NCBI GenBank assembly: GCA_964016885.1
Contig: OZ024742.1
Coordinates: 245,954,001 to 246,018,000, forward strand
DNA from: Eledone cirrhosa
Lineage: Eukaryota
Direction: 5' to 3'
DNA length: 64,000 bases
Both the position numbers and the translations under genes were made by a program. How positions within the stretch are numbered: the stretch's first letter is position 1; each line of letters begins with the position of its first letter. Shown one piece after another: positions 12,201-27,020 of this stretch. The notes under the pieces were generated by a model that did no database searches, was not told where the DNA came from, and was given only the letters and a program-made list of their open reading frames with translations.

Positions 12201-15200
12201 TTTAGTGTTAACAACAGACACTCTGTCACGTCTTCTGGTAAGGATATAATCTACCTAGCTTGTGTGTTCCCCCGATCTATAGGTGATCAAGTGATTGTCT
12301 CGTTTTTTGAAGTTAGTGTTACAGATAGTTAAGTTATTTGCGTCGCAGAATTCCAGGATTCTAGAGCCTTCCTCATTTCTAGTACCAAACCCGTAGCCTC
12401 CATGGATTCCGTCATAGCCGTCACAATGTTGTCCAACGTGACCATTTAGGTCGCCTGCAATAACTATATAGTCACTGTCGGTTATTTGGGAGGTAGCGAG
12501 CATCAGTGTCTCGTAGAATCTGTCTTTTATAGCGCCGGGCAGTCCGGATTGGGGTGCGTACGCAGATATTACTGTCACCGTAGTTTTATTGAGGACAAGT
12601 CTTATTTTAATTATTCTGTCGTTCACTCTATTTACGTCTATTATCTTATCTGCCCACTTTTCTGCTAACATGATTCCTACCCCACCCAGCCCATTGTCAT
12701 TTCCCACCCAGAAAAGCTTATAGCATCGTTTTTTACCCACAATGAATCTAGCAGACCCGCCCCTCCACCTGGTCTCTTGGATGCAGCAGACATCAACCTC
12801 CTTACGTTCAAGCATTTCTACAACCTCGTTTGAGCGGCCTTTTAAGGTCCCTACATTCATGGTACCAACTCTGAAGTTTTGGATTGCGTTTGGTGGGTGG
12901 GGTGCAGGGAGGGGTGTGGTTTATGGGGTTGGGGTTATGTTGGCCATCCGCGGCCGCAACAAAGAGGGTGGGGCTTCGCCCTTTCGTCCGGCAGCATGAG
13001 GTGAATTTGTTGTTATCTTTTGCATTGTCTTTGGGTGTCCAGATTCTTCTGACTCTCCAGAAATTCCCTAGTTCATCCATCATATCGAAAAAGCAACCAG
13101 AAGAGCTAGCATAGGTCGTTTACTTGTGATTGGTCCAAATAATAAGGTGGAGAGTGGGGGCGGGAGGGAGGGGTATGGGGTAGTTTGCGAGGAGCAGAAT
13201 TATTTTTAGAACAACGGTGAGAAAGAACAGAATTATAGAAAGCCAATTTTGAATACGATTTTTTTGATTCTGGGGGATTGTAAGATATATAGATGAATGA
13301 ACCGAATGTGGAGAGTTGAGAAGAAATGGATATGTACGTTACATTTCGTAGAAGAAAACTGAACAAGCGACCATCAATAATAGGAGACAAATTCTGGGTT
13401 TAGTCCCCTGTAGCATGGCTTATTTATATTTGGTTGGCAAGGAGTGAGGAGGAGTGTGAGACCAGCGTATATGATAGAGAGAGTGAGGGGGTGAGAGGTG
13501 ATTTCAGCAGGCCAAGAGAGAGAGAGGGCAATCCCTAATTTAACCTGGCATAATTTCTTTTTTCGGCCAAAATGGTTGCAGGAATATATATATAATATAC
13601 ATATACAAAGATAAAGATGTATACACACATAAAGTCATACACACACATATATATAAACTCCATATTTATATCCTTACATTGATGTAAGCACCATCTTCTG
13701 GAGATTCGTGCATCAGTTTTTCTACAGGCGTTACTTCAAACTCAAAACCAATTTTGTCGATAGGGATAGTATATTTTCTCGCAAAGTTCTGGGCCACTCC
13801 TGTCAAAAGGAATTGGTAAAATTGGTTTCACTAGACATAAGGAATAGTTTAGCTATGTACACAGATATTTAAACCTTTTGATACCAAACTGCACATTTTA
13901 AAATGTTTATACTTATATTAAAACTTTACATCATAATTTTAAATAAGAAATTTTTGTTAAGTATTGCTCTCTATATCAACTTATTTTATTAAACTCTTCC
14001 AAATTTTTTTTATTATTTTCAAAATTAGTTGAAATACATAGACAGTATATTTCATTAGAAATACAGTAAGAAAAGAGATATTTTTCCCTTTTTAAAACTA
14101 TTTTCCATTATTCTCATCATATTTATCAACTTCCCTAGTGTTGGTACCATAATAATATGTATTCAGTAGAGTACAGGATCATATGTTGGACCCATGGTCC
14201 ACTGGCAGTCAGAGGCTACACTTGAGTACTGACTAATTTGTGATGACATGTCCAACCCATACTAGCAGAGAAAACAGATGCTAAATGATGATGAACAAGA
14301 CTATTATCAATACTTACCCTTCATTGCTATTGTCCCACTACAATTATATTGCCCCTCCCACCCATCAATTCACTCTCTTCAAATGATTACACTGGGGAAC
14401 TTGGTTTTTGCTGCCCGGTAGTAGAAACATGTTTCCTAGTAATTTTGGACATCAAAATGTTTCACAAACTCAAATGTCCATTTTTAAACTCTTTCTCATG
14501 TATTTTTATCAGCTTTGTCTGCATTAAAAGTAAAGACCCTCTTCGGTCACAAATGACCATGGGATTTGCACCTAGAAAGTTTCCCTACAAGGTACAAATC
14601 CAGGCAAGATATGTTTGTGGAAGACCAGCAGTCTCCCTTCTCCACACTACCGATGTTGTCCAAGGGAAAAGCAAAAGCCAATACAACTTGGTACCAGTGA
14701 CGTTGCAACTCATTTCTACAGCCGAGTGAGCCGGAGTAACGAGAAATAAAGTGTCTTACAAAACCAGGTCTGAGAATCAAACTCAAAACCTCACGATTGT
14801 AAGCCTGATGCTCTAACCACTAAGTCATGCGCCTTATAATACAGATATTAAACCTGAACATCAATCACATAGATCTCATTAATCTGAGACAACCTGAAAA
14901 GGCCATAGATATTCTAACTAAATTATAAAATAACTTTTTTTAAATTTAAAGGCCAGCTGTAGGGGATTCGACAGATTCAACATATTTTACCTGTGAGGAA
15001 AGACTGGGTGAAATAGAAACCGGATAGCCAAAATGTGTGAGGTGGGCCATTATCAATCCAGTCTTGGAAGAACTTCAATCTGAAAAAGAAGAATATACAT
15101 ATATAGTTTTAGTGCTCAGATATAATGTCCAGACTTTCATATGCCCCCACACCCTCCCACTGCAAAGTGGTCGTGGAGGTGCCACGGCAAAAAAGCACCC

Positions 15201-16549
15201 AGCCCACACTGTAAAGTGGAGGTGTAGGTGCCACGAAAAAAGCACCCAGCACTCACTGTAAATGAGGTTGGTGTTAGGAAGGGCATCCAGCTGTAGAGAT
15301 CAAGCCAGAATCAGTTCCCGTATGAGCAAGACATGGTCAGCCGACCAGACACTGCCCACAACAGGACAATCCGTCTAACCCATGCTGGCATGGAAGAACG
15401 GACATAAAACGGTGATGATGATGATGATGACTTTCACGTTTGATACAGTCTTAGAATTTGAAATAAATCTAGTATTCAAATCCAGAGTCAAGTATTTGAC
15501 TTATATTCAATATATTATAGTACCAAACATTAAGTTCACAAACTTCTAAAGAACAAGTATAACCTCAGAATAAAACTACTACTTATTTACAGGCAACTGG
15601 TCAGATAGAAAGTCTCCCTCGTTATAATTAAACTTTAAAATGTGATAAGCAGTAGTAACATTGAATCTTTCAAAAACAACAGTGACATCTGTACACTGAC
15701 TAACTGTACAGATGTCTACCACCAACTCTGACATCTGTACACTGACTAACTGTACAGATGTCTACCACCAACTCTGACATCTGTACACTGACTAACTGTA
15801 CAGATGTCTACCACCAACTCTGACATCTGTACACTGACTAACTGTACAGATGTCTACCACCAACTCTGACATATGTACACTGACTAACTGTACAGATGTC
15901 TACCACCAACTCTGACATCTGTACACTGACTAACTGTACATATGTCTACCACCAACTCTGACATCTGTTCACTGACTAACTGTACATATGTCTACCACCA
16001 ACAGTGACATCTGTACACTGACTAACTGTACAGATGTCTATCACCAACTCTGACATCTGTACACTGACTAACTGTACAGATGTCTACCACCAACTCTGAC
16101 ATCTGTTCACTGACTAACTGTACAGATGTCTATCACCAACTCTGACATCTGTACACTGACTAACTATACAGATGTCTACCACAAACTCTGACATCTGTTC
16201 ACTGACTAACTGTACAGATGTCTATCACCAACTCTGACATCTGTTCACTGACTAACTGTACAGATGTCTATCACCAACTCTGACATCTGTTCACTGACTA
16301 ACTGTACAGATGTTTATCACCAACTCTGACATCTGTACACTGACTAACTGTACAGATGTCTACCACCAACTCTGACATCTGTACACTGACTAACTGTACA
16401 GATGTCTCTCACCAACTCTGACATCTGTTCACTGACTAACTGTACAGATGTCTACTATAAAACTCTGATATCTGTTCACTGACTAACTGTACAGATGTCT
16501 ATCACCAACATTGACATCTGTTTAACATGAAGAAATGAAATAAAGAACA

Positions 16550-16619
<70 letters not shown>

Positions 16620-19600
16620 GCAGAAGCATGGGAGAAATTGAAATAGTAGGCAAAATGACAGAATATGGTGTGGAGAGTGAAGAGAGACAGAGAGAGAGAG
16701 AATAAGAAAGAGAGAGTTTCTGTTAGAGTGATAGAAATTAAGAATGACAGAGTAAGGACGACAGAGAGAGAGAGAGAGAGGGCGGGATGATGGAGAGAGT
16801 GAATTTGGGAATGAGAAGAAATAGAAATATCATAAATGTAGATATTTAGAAAATAAATGACACATTACCTTGCTAATAAATCATTCATATAGCTGCCTAA
16901 TGGTTTGAGAGAAGGGTAGGACTTCTCTGACCATGCATGTGGTACACGGCCAACTAACATACTGGAGAACACCTCTTCCAGACTTGCAGACATCACCACA
17001 AGACCCTTGATGGCTTTGCACAGGCTTTTAAGAGTCTCTCGCACCACCAATATTAGTCTGTTGAATCGGATCAGCTCCTGACGAAGGACTGTGTTCATGG
17101 ATTCTGTATACAACACTGGGTACTTTTGCATCACCTGTGTGTGGGGTGGAGGGGGAAAATCATCAGAAGGCCATTATTTAAAGACTACATATCATCAGGT
17201 TTTATATTCTTGTGGAAAATAGATTATTAAAAAAAAAGCCACTAAATTAATTTATATTATATATATACACATACACACACACATATATATATATATTATA
17301 TTATTTATTTATGTCCATAGACGGAACAAGTACCTTTTTTGTTGTCACCAGCACAACCACCTTACAGGATGGACTGGGTGCTTTTGTTGTTGTCACCAGA
17401 TCACCATATATGGTAGACTTAGTGATTTTTGTTGTTGTTGTGGCAGCAGCATAATGAGGGAGCAAATGCTGAGCATGTCCAGTTTTCCATGCTTGTATAA
17501 ATGGGTTGGACAAAAGAGATGTTTCAGGGGTGAGGGTGGTGAAAATTGGGAGGGAGAAACGAGAATGCAAATTGGACATGGACGAGTTGGTATATTAAAA
17601 CAAGGAAGGGTGAATTATGGAGGGGTAGGGAGAAGATTGCTGCAGACTAGTGTCCTCTACATGTTTGTTTCATCCTGTCTTCTGTAGTACTGCATAAAGC
17701 CCAAAATCTCGATTCTGTGTCACCTTTGACAGGTTTAAATGTGCAAGGTCAGTTTTTATCACTTCATTCCAAATTTTTCAAGGTCTTCCTCTTCCATAAT
17801 TACCATCGACTTTGAGTGCCCAGCAATTTTTTTATATAGTTGTCATCTACCATACGCATCACATATCCATATAACTGCAATCTTCTCTCCTGCACACTGC
17901 ATCTGACCCTTCTTATGCCCAGTTTCTCTTTCAATTCATTGATGGTTTGCCATTCATGCATACTCATCGAAGAAGGCAAACTTTATTTATTTCCAATCTT
18001 CATTACAGAGCCCCCATGACTTCATCAGGAGTTACACGACCATAACCATGCCACTATATGTAACAGGATTTTCTGTACTTTAGAACTTGAACTCTAATTT
18101 AAATTATTGGTTAAAGTTGTTAACACCAGTTAGAAAAGGAAAGGGAGTTTTTTGTTTTAAGTGGTTATCTTACTCTTCTAATAAAGGCAAGTTACCTTTT
18201 TATCAATATGTGCAGAATTTTATGTCAATTATTCATGACATGTTTCACATACCAACGTTATTTGTACTTCCTTAATCATGAGTAATGTTTCAAGAATTAA
18301 CAGAGAGTGAAGACTGTCAAAAGCCTTCTGATAATCATTCCATACTAGGCTTAAACCCATTTGTATCCTAGAGTCATTAGTTGTGGCTTTGTTGATCAGT
18401 AAATGACCTTTACTATCATATGAGTCTTTATAATGATTCTAGGCAAATTCATCTAACACAATATGCCTAAAATACAATTCATCCAAATTTTAAACTAATT
18501 TATCTATATTAATTTTTTTTCACTATTTTTTTCTACACGATATCTAAAACCGGAAAGAAAATCTTACTTTATTTTAGAATTAATTAATATATAAATTCTT
18601 GTATTTAATCCTTAAATGAAAATAAAAAACAAGGAACAAAATTACATCTTGTAATAACTCAAAGGCCTCCATCAGTGTCTACTGGTACAGATGCTGATGC
18701 TGGTAACATATGTAGACACAAAGTAAAATTTGGATCTGTTTCATATTGTTTCAAATCATGAAAAATACATTGTGTAAAATGGAAAAAAAACAAAACATCT
18801 TTTCTGTTTTGCATTGGGAAATTCTTTCATATATGCTTTGAATATATTCTCAAAATCAATTGTTATTGACAATGGCACATATGTTGGCTCTTATTTCTTT
18901 ATCTCTTGTAAAAGCATGTGCAAGTTTCTTCTGATTTGTTGGGTAATAAAGCACAAGTGGCACTGAAGCTGCATGGTCTAGTGATAAGTGTATTGGACTT
19001 ATGATCATAGTGTTAAGGGTTTCATTCCTGGACAGGATTGTGTGTAGTGTTCTTGAACAAAATACTTCATTTCATGTTGCTTCAGTATACTCAGCTGAAT
19101 ATGAGTATAGCTGGAGTTTAAACTTGTGATGGACTGGCATCCTGTTCAGCAGGGAGTCTTGTATTCTCAGTCACTTAACACCATGGAACCAGGATAAGCA
19201 CAGACCTGATAAGCCTCTCGGCTTGAGACAGACTTTAGGCTTTAGAAGGGGCAGTGAAGTTTATTCTTTTAATCCATGCAGGGTATACAGCTGGTAGAAT
19301 AATAAAGGAACAACAGTTTTAAATTTTCCATCAGCATACGAATGTTCATTTTGTGAGAAACATTTCAAATATTACTATCGACACTTTTCAACTGGTCCAG
19401 AATCATACATTAAAAATTAATTACCTTTAAACATTTTAGTAAATTAATGGGGAAAATTTTAACATTTAGATGAATTGTGTTAGATCAGAGGTTCTCAAAC
19501 TTTTTGGGCCACCAGCCCGCTCAGCGCCCCCACCCCTATTTCCATAGACCTGCCTACATGCAAATTGTAAATAATTGTTTCTACTTCAGGCACAAGGCCA

Positions 19601-20062
19601 GCAATTACCCAGTACATTACTGGTACTTTATTTTATCAACCCCGTAAGGATGAAAGGCAAAGTTAACCTCGGCGGGATAATATAAAATGAATATAATCGT
19701 TATATATAAATCAATAATATAATATATGCAGTAATACAGAAGACCCAACTTCCCACGGGTACAAAGCGAAGCTGAAGCATATAGACAGTATGCCCCACCT
19801 CATCCCACGGTAAAGTGGTCACGTAGATGTCACGACAAAAAAGCACCCAGTCCACACTGTAAAGTGGTCGTGTGAGCACCACGGTAAAAAAGCACCCAGT
19901 ACTCACTGTAAATAAGGTTGGTGTTAGGAAGGTCATCCAGCTGTAAAAATCAAGCCAGAATCAGTTCCAGTATGAGCAAGACATAGTCACCTGACTTGGC
20001 ATTGCCCACAGCAGGACAACCCATCTAACCCATGCTAGCGTGGAAGAATGGACGTAAAACGG

Positions 20063-20096
<34 letters not shown>

Positions 20097-23000
20097 AATA
20101 AGTATAAATAAATATTATATATTTTTTATTTTACTATATATATAATATGTATCATTTGATATTTAATATACTATTATATCATCTCTACTGCCCTTTAGCC
20201 CCCCTCCCCTATTTATATATATAGTGCCCACTTTGAGAACCTCTGTGTTAGATGAATTTTCCGGATGCCCTTTGTAACATCCTCTCCTACATCAGTTAAC
20301 AACAACTGTTGCCACTGCTTCCACAGAAATAAACATTTTTTAATGCACTATTATTTTTATTAGAAGAATTCTCTGTATTTTAAATGTGGCTATTACCTTT
20401 TCCATGTCAAAATTATTTGGAAGTTTGTTAAGAATATCTAATGCCAACTCTTGAATTACATCTCCAGATGACTTTCCTGTAGAAGACGTAACACGAGGAA
20501 GAGTCAAAAGAATTCCATTGAAAAGCTGCAACAGACAAAAGATAAAAAAAAAACAAAAAAAAAAAACAGGAAATTAATAACTGTTGATTTTATACAAAAC
20601 CCAAGAAAAAAATGATTCCTACTTTAGGGACAAGGCCAACAATTTAGAAGAAAGGAAAGTCGAGTATATTGACCACAGTACTTGATTGATATTTTATTTT
20701 ATTGACCTCACAAGGATGAAAGGCAAAGCTGACATCAGCTGGATTTGAACTGTGAATGTAAACAACCATAACTAAATGCTATTTATCCAATGCTATAATG
20801 ATTCTGACATTCCACTGCCCCAAAAATAATGATTTAGGCAAAAGGACAACAATTTTGATTAAATTGGCTCCGGTGTGTTACTGGTACTTTATTTTATTGA
20901 CCCTGTAAGGATGAAAGACAAAGCTAACCTCAGCAGAATTTGAACTCAGAATGTAAAAGACCGTAACTACACAAAGCATATTGTCCGACACTCTACCGAT
21001 TATCCACTGCCCTTTTGTCTAAGAAATAATGGAATGTATATTACAAAATAAGACAGAAAATTGGTGAATCTTTAGGGCATTGGATTAAAAATCCTGAAGA
21101 ATTTGTTCTGGCTCATAGTGTCCAGAGTTCAAATCTCACTGAGGTCAACTGACTTTCATCCTCGTGAGGTTGATAAATAAAGTATCAGTCCAGTATCTCT
21201 GGAAGAAATTCGCTGTTCTGATCTGAAGAAGAATGAGCTCTGTCAGATTTCAAAATGCCTAAGACATGCCAGTTTGGCCTCCCTACAACTCTGTCAGGAG
21301 TTAAAGGGTCTTTACTTATTTTTATACTAATTTGACTGTACTATATAAGAGAGAGAGAGTGTGGCATCTGAACAACAAATATAATCAAACTCTATCTATT
21401 ACAGAACCATCATCATCATCATTATTGCCAGGGTTAACTTTGCCTTTCATTTTTACGTTAATGCACTGGAATAATTGCTGGCCTTGTGCAATTATTATTA
21501 TTAGGATTGGCAGTATCGATAGAGGGTAGGACGCCATGCTTTCAGCACAGAGTTACGGTCCTTTACGTTCTGAGTTCAAATCCCGTCGAGGTTAACTTTG
21601 CCTTTCATCCTTACGGGGTAGATAAAATAAAGTACCAGTAATGCGCTGGGGTAATAGCTGGCCTTGTGCCAAAAGTAGAAACAATTATTACTGTGCTCAC
21701 AACATCAGCATCATAGCACAACTGTGACTATACTTCTCCCACCTCCATATTCACAATGATCTTCAACATCCATTCCACCACCACCACCACCACCACCACC
21801 ACCACCACCAGCATCACCATAAACATCATTGCCATCACCACCACCATCATCATCATCACCATAAACATCATTGCCATCACCACCACCACCATCATCACCA
21901 TAAACATCATTGCCATCACCACCACCACCATCATCACCATAAACATCATTGCCATCACCACCACAAACACCACCATCATCATCACCATAAACATCACCAC
22001 CACCACCACCACCACCATCATCATCACCATAAACATCATTGCCATCACCACCACCACCAGCATCCCCACTGCTACCACTACCATCAACCACCACAATCCA
22101 AAATGTGAAACTTACCTCCTGTGTTTCTTTGTTGTCCTTGGTGATATCTGCATTTTCATGAAGTCCAAACACTTCGGGTGAGGTGTTGAGAGGGAAACTT
22201 TTTATGTACCTCACATAATCAGAGTAACGACATTCAGCTGGTGCATAGTAAATACCTGATGGAGAGAATCTAACACACAGAAATATATATATATAAATAA
22301 ATGAATTGAGAGAGAGACTGAGCATAAGAGGAATCAAATGCTGTGTGCAGGAGAGGCGGTTGCGCTGGTATGGACATGTGATGCGTATGAAGGATGACAG
22401 CTGCATAAAAAGGTGCAGAGAACTAGAAGTTGATGGAAACCGCGGAGTGGGGAGACCCAAGATGACCTGGGATGAGGTGATAAAAGCCGACCTTACCCAA
22501 TTACACCTCTCAAAGACAATGACACACGACCGTGACTTCTGGCGTCACGCAGTAATACAGAGTACCCAATCTCCCATGGGTACATGCTGAAGCATATAAA
22601 CAATATGCCCCCACCCACCCCCACCGCAAGGTGGTCGTGGAGGTGCCACGGCAAAAAAGCACCCAGCCCACACTGTAAAGTGGACGTGTAGGCGCCACGA
22701 AAAAGCACCCAGCACTCACTGTAAATGAGGTTGGTGTTAGGAAGGGCATCCAGCTGTAGAAATCAAGCCAGATCAGTTCCTGTATGAGCAAGGCATGGTC
22801 AGCCGACCAGACACTGCACACAACAGGACAACCCGTCTAACCCATGCTAGCGTGGAAGAACGGACGTAAAACGGTGATGATGATGATGATGATATATACA
22901 CACACATACATTTCAGACTCACCAATATTTAATAAATGAATTAACAATGAATATCAGCAAATGTACCTCATTGTATTTTTTTTGTGTTGTTGAATGGCGC

Positions 23001-26000
23001 AGTTCAATGGTAATAAAAAGTAGAAATTACAATAAAATCAGACCAATTTTATCATCATAGCTCTCAAATAGTAGCTCCATAATTGTGATTAATTATGAAA
23101 TATAATATAATACCTACAATTGATTATAATACACGTTTTCATATCACAATACATAATTATATTATAGATAATCAGCAGCCGATTAATTGGTATTGGCCAA
23201 TAAAGTAAGGCCAATAAATTGGTAATCAGCCAATTTGTGAATCGGTACATCCCTAGTATACATACAAATAGATCCACACGCAGTACATTCATCTACATGT
23301 TCAGATATATGCTATATAAACAGACAGACATACATACAGACACATACCATATATGCTATATAAACAGACATACATTCATACATCATACACTCACAAAGAA
23401 GATAAGTAAAGTTCACATACTTGTAGTTTGTCTGAGTAAAAATATCATGGTTATAGAAGTTGGACAACATTGACATGAGAAGACGACGGTCTTTGTCATC
23501 TGTGACACGTCCACCATAATTACAATGACCAGTCAAGTAGGTCAATGCTTCAATCGGCAGTTCATCATAATCATTTAAAAACATCTGGTTTAGGCAATGA
23601 TAAATATATAGTAAGTGAACATCAAAGTGTAAAGCTGGTGTCAGAGTTCAGAACATATATATATAAATACAGGGTGGGTGGAAAGAAACTCCTTATTTAA
23701 AATTGTTAAAAACTTTATTAATTATTGGTTGATTTTCATAAAACATGTTTTATTTTGAATAGTGTAATGGTAGAAGAACAGTAAAGTATTAAATTTCTAC
23801 ATAGGCACCAGCATTGTCCACCAGTGTTTGTAATTGTCTGGATATATCCTTGACTGACTTCATCAGTAACTCAGGCAGTATGTTGGTCAAGGATTTAGGT
23901 TTTAAGGTATACAATTCTTCCTTTGCCCACCTCCACAGAAAAAAAAAAAAAAATTGTCATTAAATCAAGGCTTCTTGCTAGTTATATTTTGTGGACCTTG
24001 ATGACCCAGCCAGCATCCTGGAAATTGAACATCAAATCACTCAAGGACAGTGTGTGCAAAATGAGGAAGGGCGCCATCTTGCATGAATGTGAGGTTATTG
24101 ATGTTGTCCAAAGTGGTCACAGTAGGCCAAAATTATAAGTAATTTTCAATAGGGAGTTTTTTTCCACCCATCCTGTAAGAGCATCATTAGAATGTAAACA
24201 AATCTAAAAAAAAAACATGATATCCATGAACTTAAGTAAACACAAATTCTAATTCTACAATCAACCCCACCATATGACTGCTTCAGTCATAAATTAAATT
24301 TAAACACATCCTTTGAAACCATACCCCAGCTCTCCTAGTAAAACAACAACCGACCTGTTCTAATTACTGGTATGGGGATGACTGCTGTCATATTACGTAG
24401 TTTTTATATTGCTCAGCAGTGGCCACTGCTCCATCATCTAACTGGCCAGTAATATTGTAATGTGTTGGACCTCTGAAAGTTTCAACGATAACTGTTCCAG
24501 TTGTTTGAACAATGACATAACCAACTTGTGAAATTAATGTGCAAGTGGCTGAGCATTCCACAAACATGTATACCTTTAATATAGTTCTCGGAGAGATTCA
24601 ATGTGACACAGTGAATGCAAAAGCTGGCCTTTTAAATTACAGGTGCAACTCATTTTTGCCAACTGAGTGAACTGGAGCAACATGAAATAAAGGGTCTTGC
24701 TCAAGTACACATCATCATCATCATCACCGTTTTACGTCCGTTCTTCCATGCTAGCATGGGTTAGACGGGTTGTCCTGTTGTGGGCAGTGTCCAGTCGGCT
24801 GACCTTGTCTTGTTCATACGGGAACTGATTCTGGCTTGATTTCTACAGCTGGATGCCCTTCCTAGCACCAACCTCATTTACAGTGAGTGCTGGGTGCTTT
24901 TTTCCGTGGCGCCTACATGTCCACTTTACAGTGTAGGCTGGGTGCTTTTTTGCTGTGGCACCTCCACGACCACTTTGCAGTGGAATGATAGGGACTCCAG
25001 TCCTATCATCTCATTTCTACAGCTGAGTAAACTGGAGCAATGTGAAATAAAGTGTCTTGCTCAAGGAAACAACACATCACCCGGTCCGAGAATTGAACTC
25101 ACAACCTTTTGATTGCAAGCCTAATGCTCTAACCACTAAGCCATGTGCCTTCACATGCTGATGAGAATCGAATTCATGACCTTAACAATTAAGCCACATA
25201 CATTCACTGTTGTTAGGTATTTTACAGAATAAGGCAGCGGTTGGCAGAGTTGGTATGTTGCACACTGCTAGATACATATAACAATACAAAACATACAGTT
25301 ACACACACGTATATTAGTGTACAGACCAAATCTACACATACATACATTAGTGAATAACAGACACAAACACATATAACCGTGTATAACACACATACAGCTG
25401 TATATATCACAAATTCACACATATGAGGTGGTATCAAAAAGTTCCCAGATTAGTTATGTTTAAAAAAAATATATATATATTTACTGAACTTAGAACGCCA
25501 TTGGACTCTACACATAAGGGCACATATAGGCGCACTTACAAGCACACTATCCATCCAGGAAAAATCGTGTATATGCATTTGTGTTTACACAACTCTACCC
25601 ATGCGTTTTTCACACACACACACACATGTATGCATGCACGTGCTAGTATATATGCATCTAAGCGGATTTAAAGGGAAACAACTGTGCCCCTTGACCTGTC
25701 CAGACCTTAATTTTAAAACAAAAGAGATTAAAAAAAAAAAAAAAATAAAACCACTTCTGGCCAGCATGGTATAGCAAGCCACATCAGACACTGGAATAGT
25801 TCCTTTATTTTCCCCGTTACTAACGATTTAATTATTTTTCGTATTTAATTATTTAAAAAAATTATTTTTCGTCCAAACCCGCATTGTTGTGGCTTTCAAA
25901 CTTCAAATTCTTTATATTTACCTAATTTTTAACATCATCTCCTTTGAAATAGTCATCTTGTGCAGCAATACACTGGTCCCAGCTATGTAAAACACATACA

Positions 26001-26979
26001 ATCAGTAACATACAGAGAGGAGACAGAGGGTGTGATGGACCTAAGAATCCATATCAGGGCAGATGGTGTGGGCATCTAACCAAAGTGTCCTGCAGGGTTC
26101 TCCATTCAATATGGCTACAGAATGCAGTGCCCACCTATACTCTGCACCCAGTTTTCTACACAGAAGAAAGAGGCCCTATACTTGAGTTATAGGGGCATAC
26201 AATGAAAGAGTTGGCCCCAGGCATCACCAAACCATCAGACACCAATGCAATTATATACAACACAAAGCCATATACACACATACAGCAGTGTATAACAGAC
26301 AACTGATTTGAGGTGTTGACATAGATATAGAGTCATATATAAAACACAACTCACATAGAGCTGTGTAGCAAAACACACATCTATACACATACAGCAGTGA
26401 ATAACACACAAGGACACACATGCAGTCATGTGTAATATAAGTACACACACATATAAAGTTGAATACACACACAGTCATCAATAGCCTGTACTATACAACA
26501 TGTAGAAGTGTTTAAAGTTATACCTACCAACATTTGTCTCATGCTAATTCGGAGGTCAGATTCATTAAATCCATATGGAATGTTCCATCCCAGATGTCCA
26601 AAGCTGCGCCGTTCTTGGACGAGGGCATGGAAAAAACAGAGACCAAACAGGAGCTTGTGCCATTCCTCTGGCTGTTGAGTAGTAGGAGGAAAAAAATAAT
26701 AAAGTGTGTGTGTGTGAGATATATAGATAGAGAGAGATGGATATATATATATATATATATATATCATCATCATCATCGTTTAACGTCCATATTCCACGCT
26801 TGCATGAGTTTGGATGGGAGTTTTCCCACTTGAGGCAAGAGTGGTTGTCTTGCTCGCATAGGACTGTCTGGCGTGTTTTCTACGGCTGGATGCCCTTCCT
26901 AACACCAACCACATTTACAGTGTGGAACTGGGAATGTGGTTGGTGTTAGGAAGGGAATCCAGCCGTTCCTAACACCAAC

Positions 26980-27020
<41 letters not shown>

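Noticed and set aside
10120-12999. Plus-strand ORFs over the RTE
   Set aside because: Antisense shadows of the RT ORF with no independent motifs.
15677-16522. CRISPR-like array of palindromic repeats
   Set aside because: Linkers are near-identical rather than unique spacers, there are no cas genes and the context is a eukaryotic intron.
21711-22460. 249-aa Gly/Asp-rich ORF
   Set aside because: Chance fusion of antisense RTE sequence, the real exon N (22116-22269) and a triplet repeat.
26561-26590. YGFNESD instead of YEFNESD as a hard-wired editing event
   Set aside because: From recall, Gly also occurs here in the related DNAH12, so it is within family variation.
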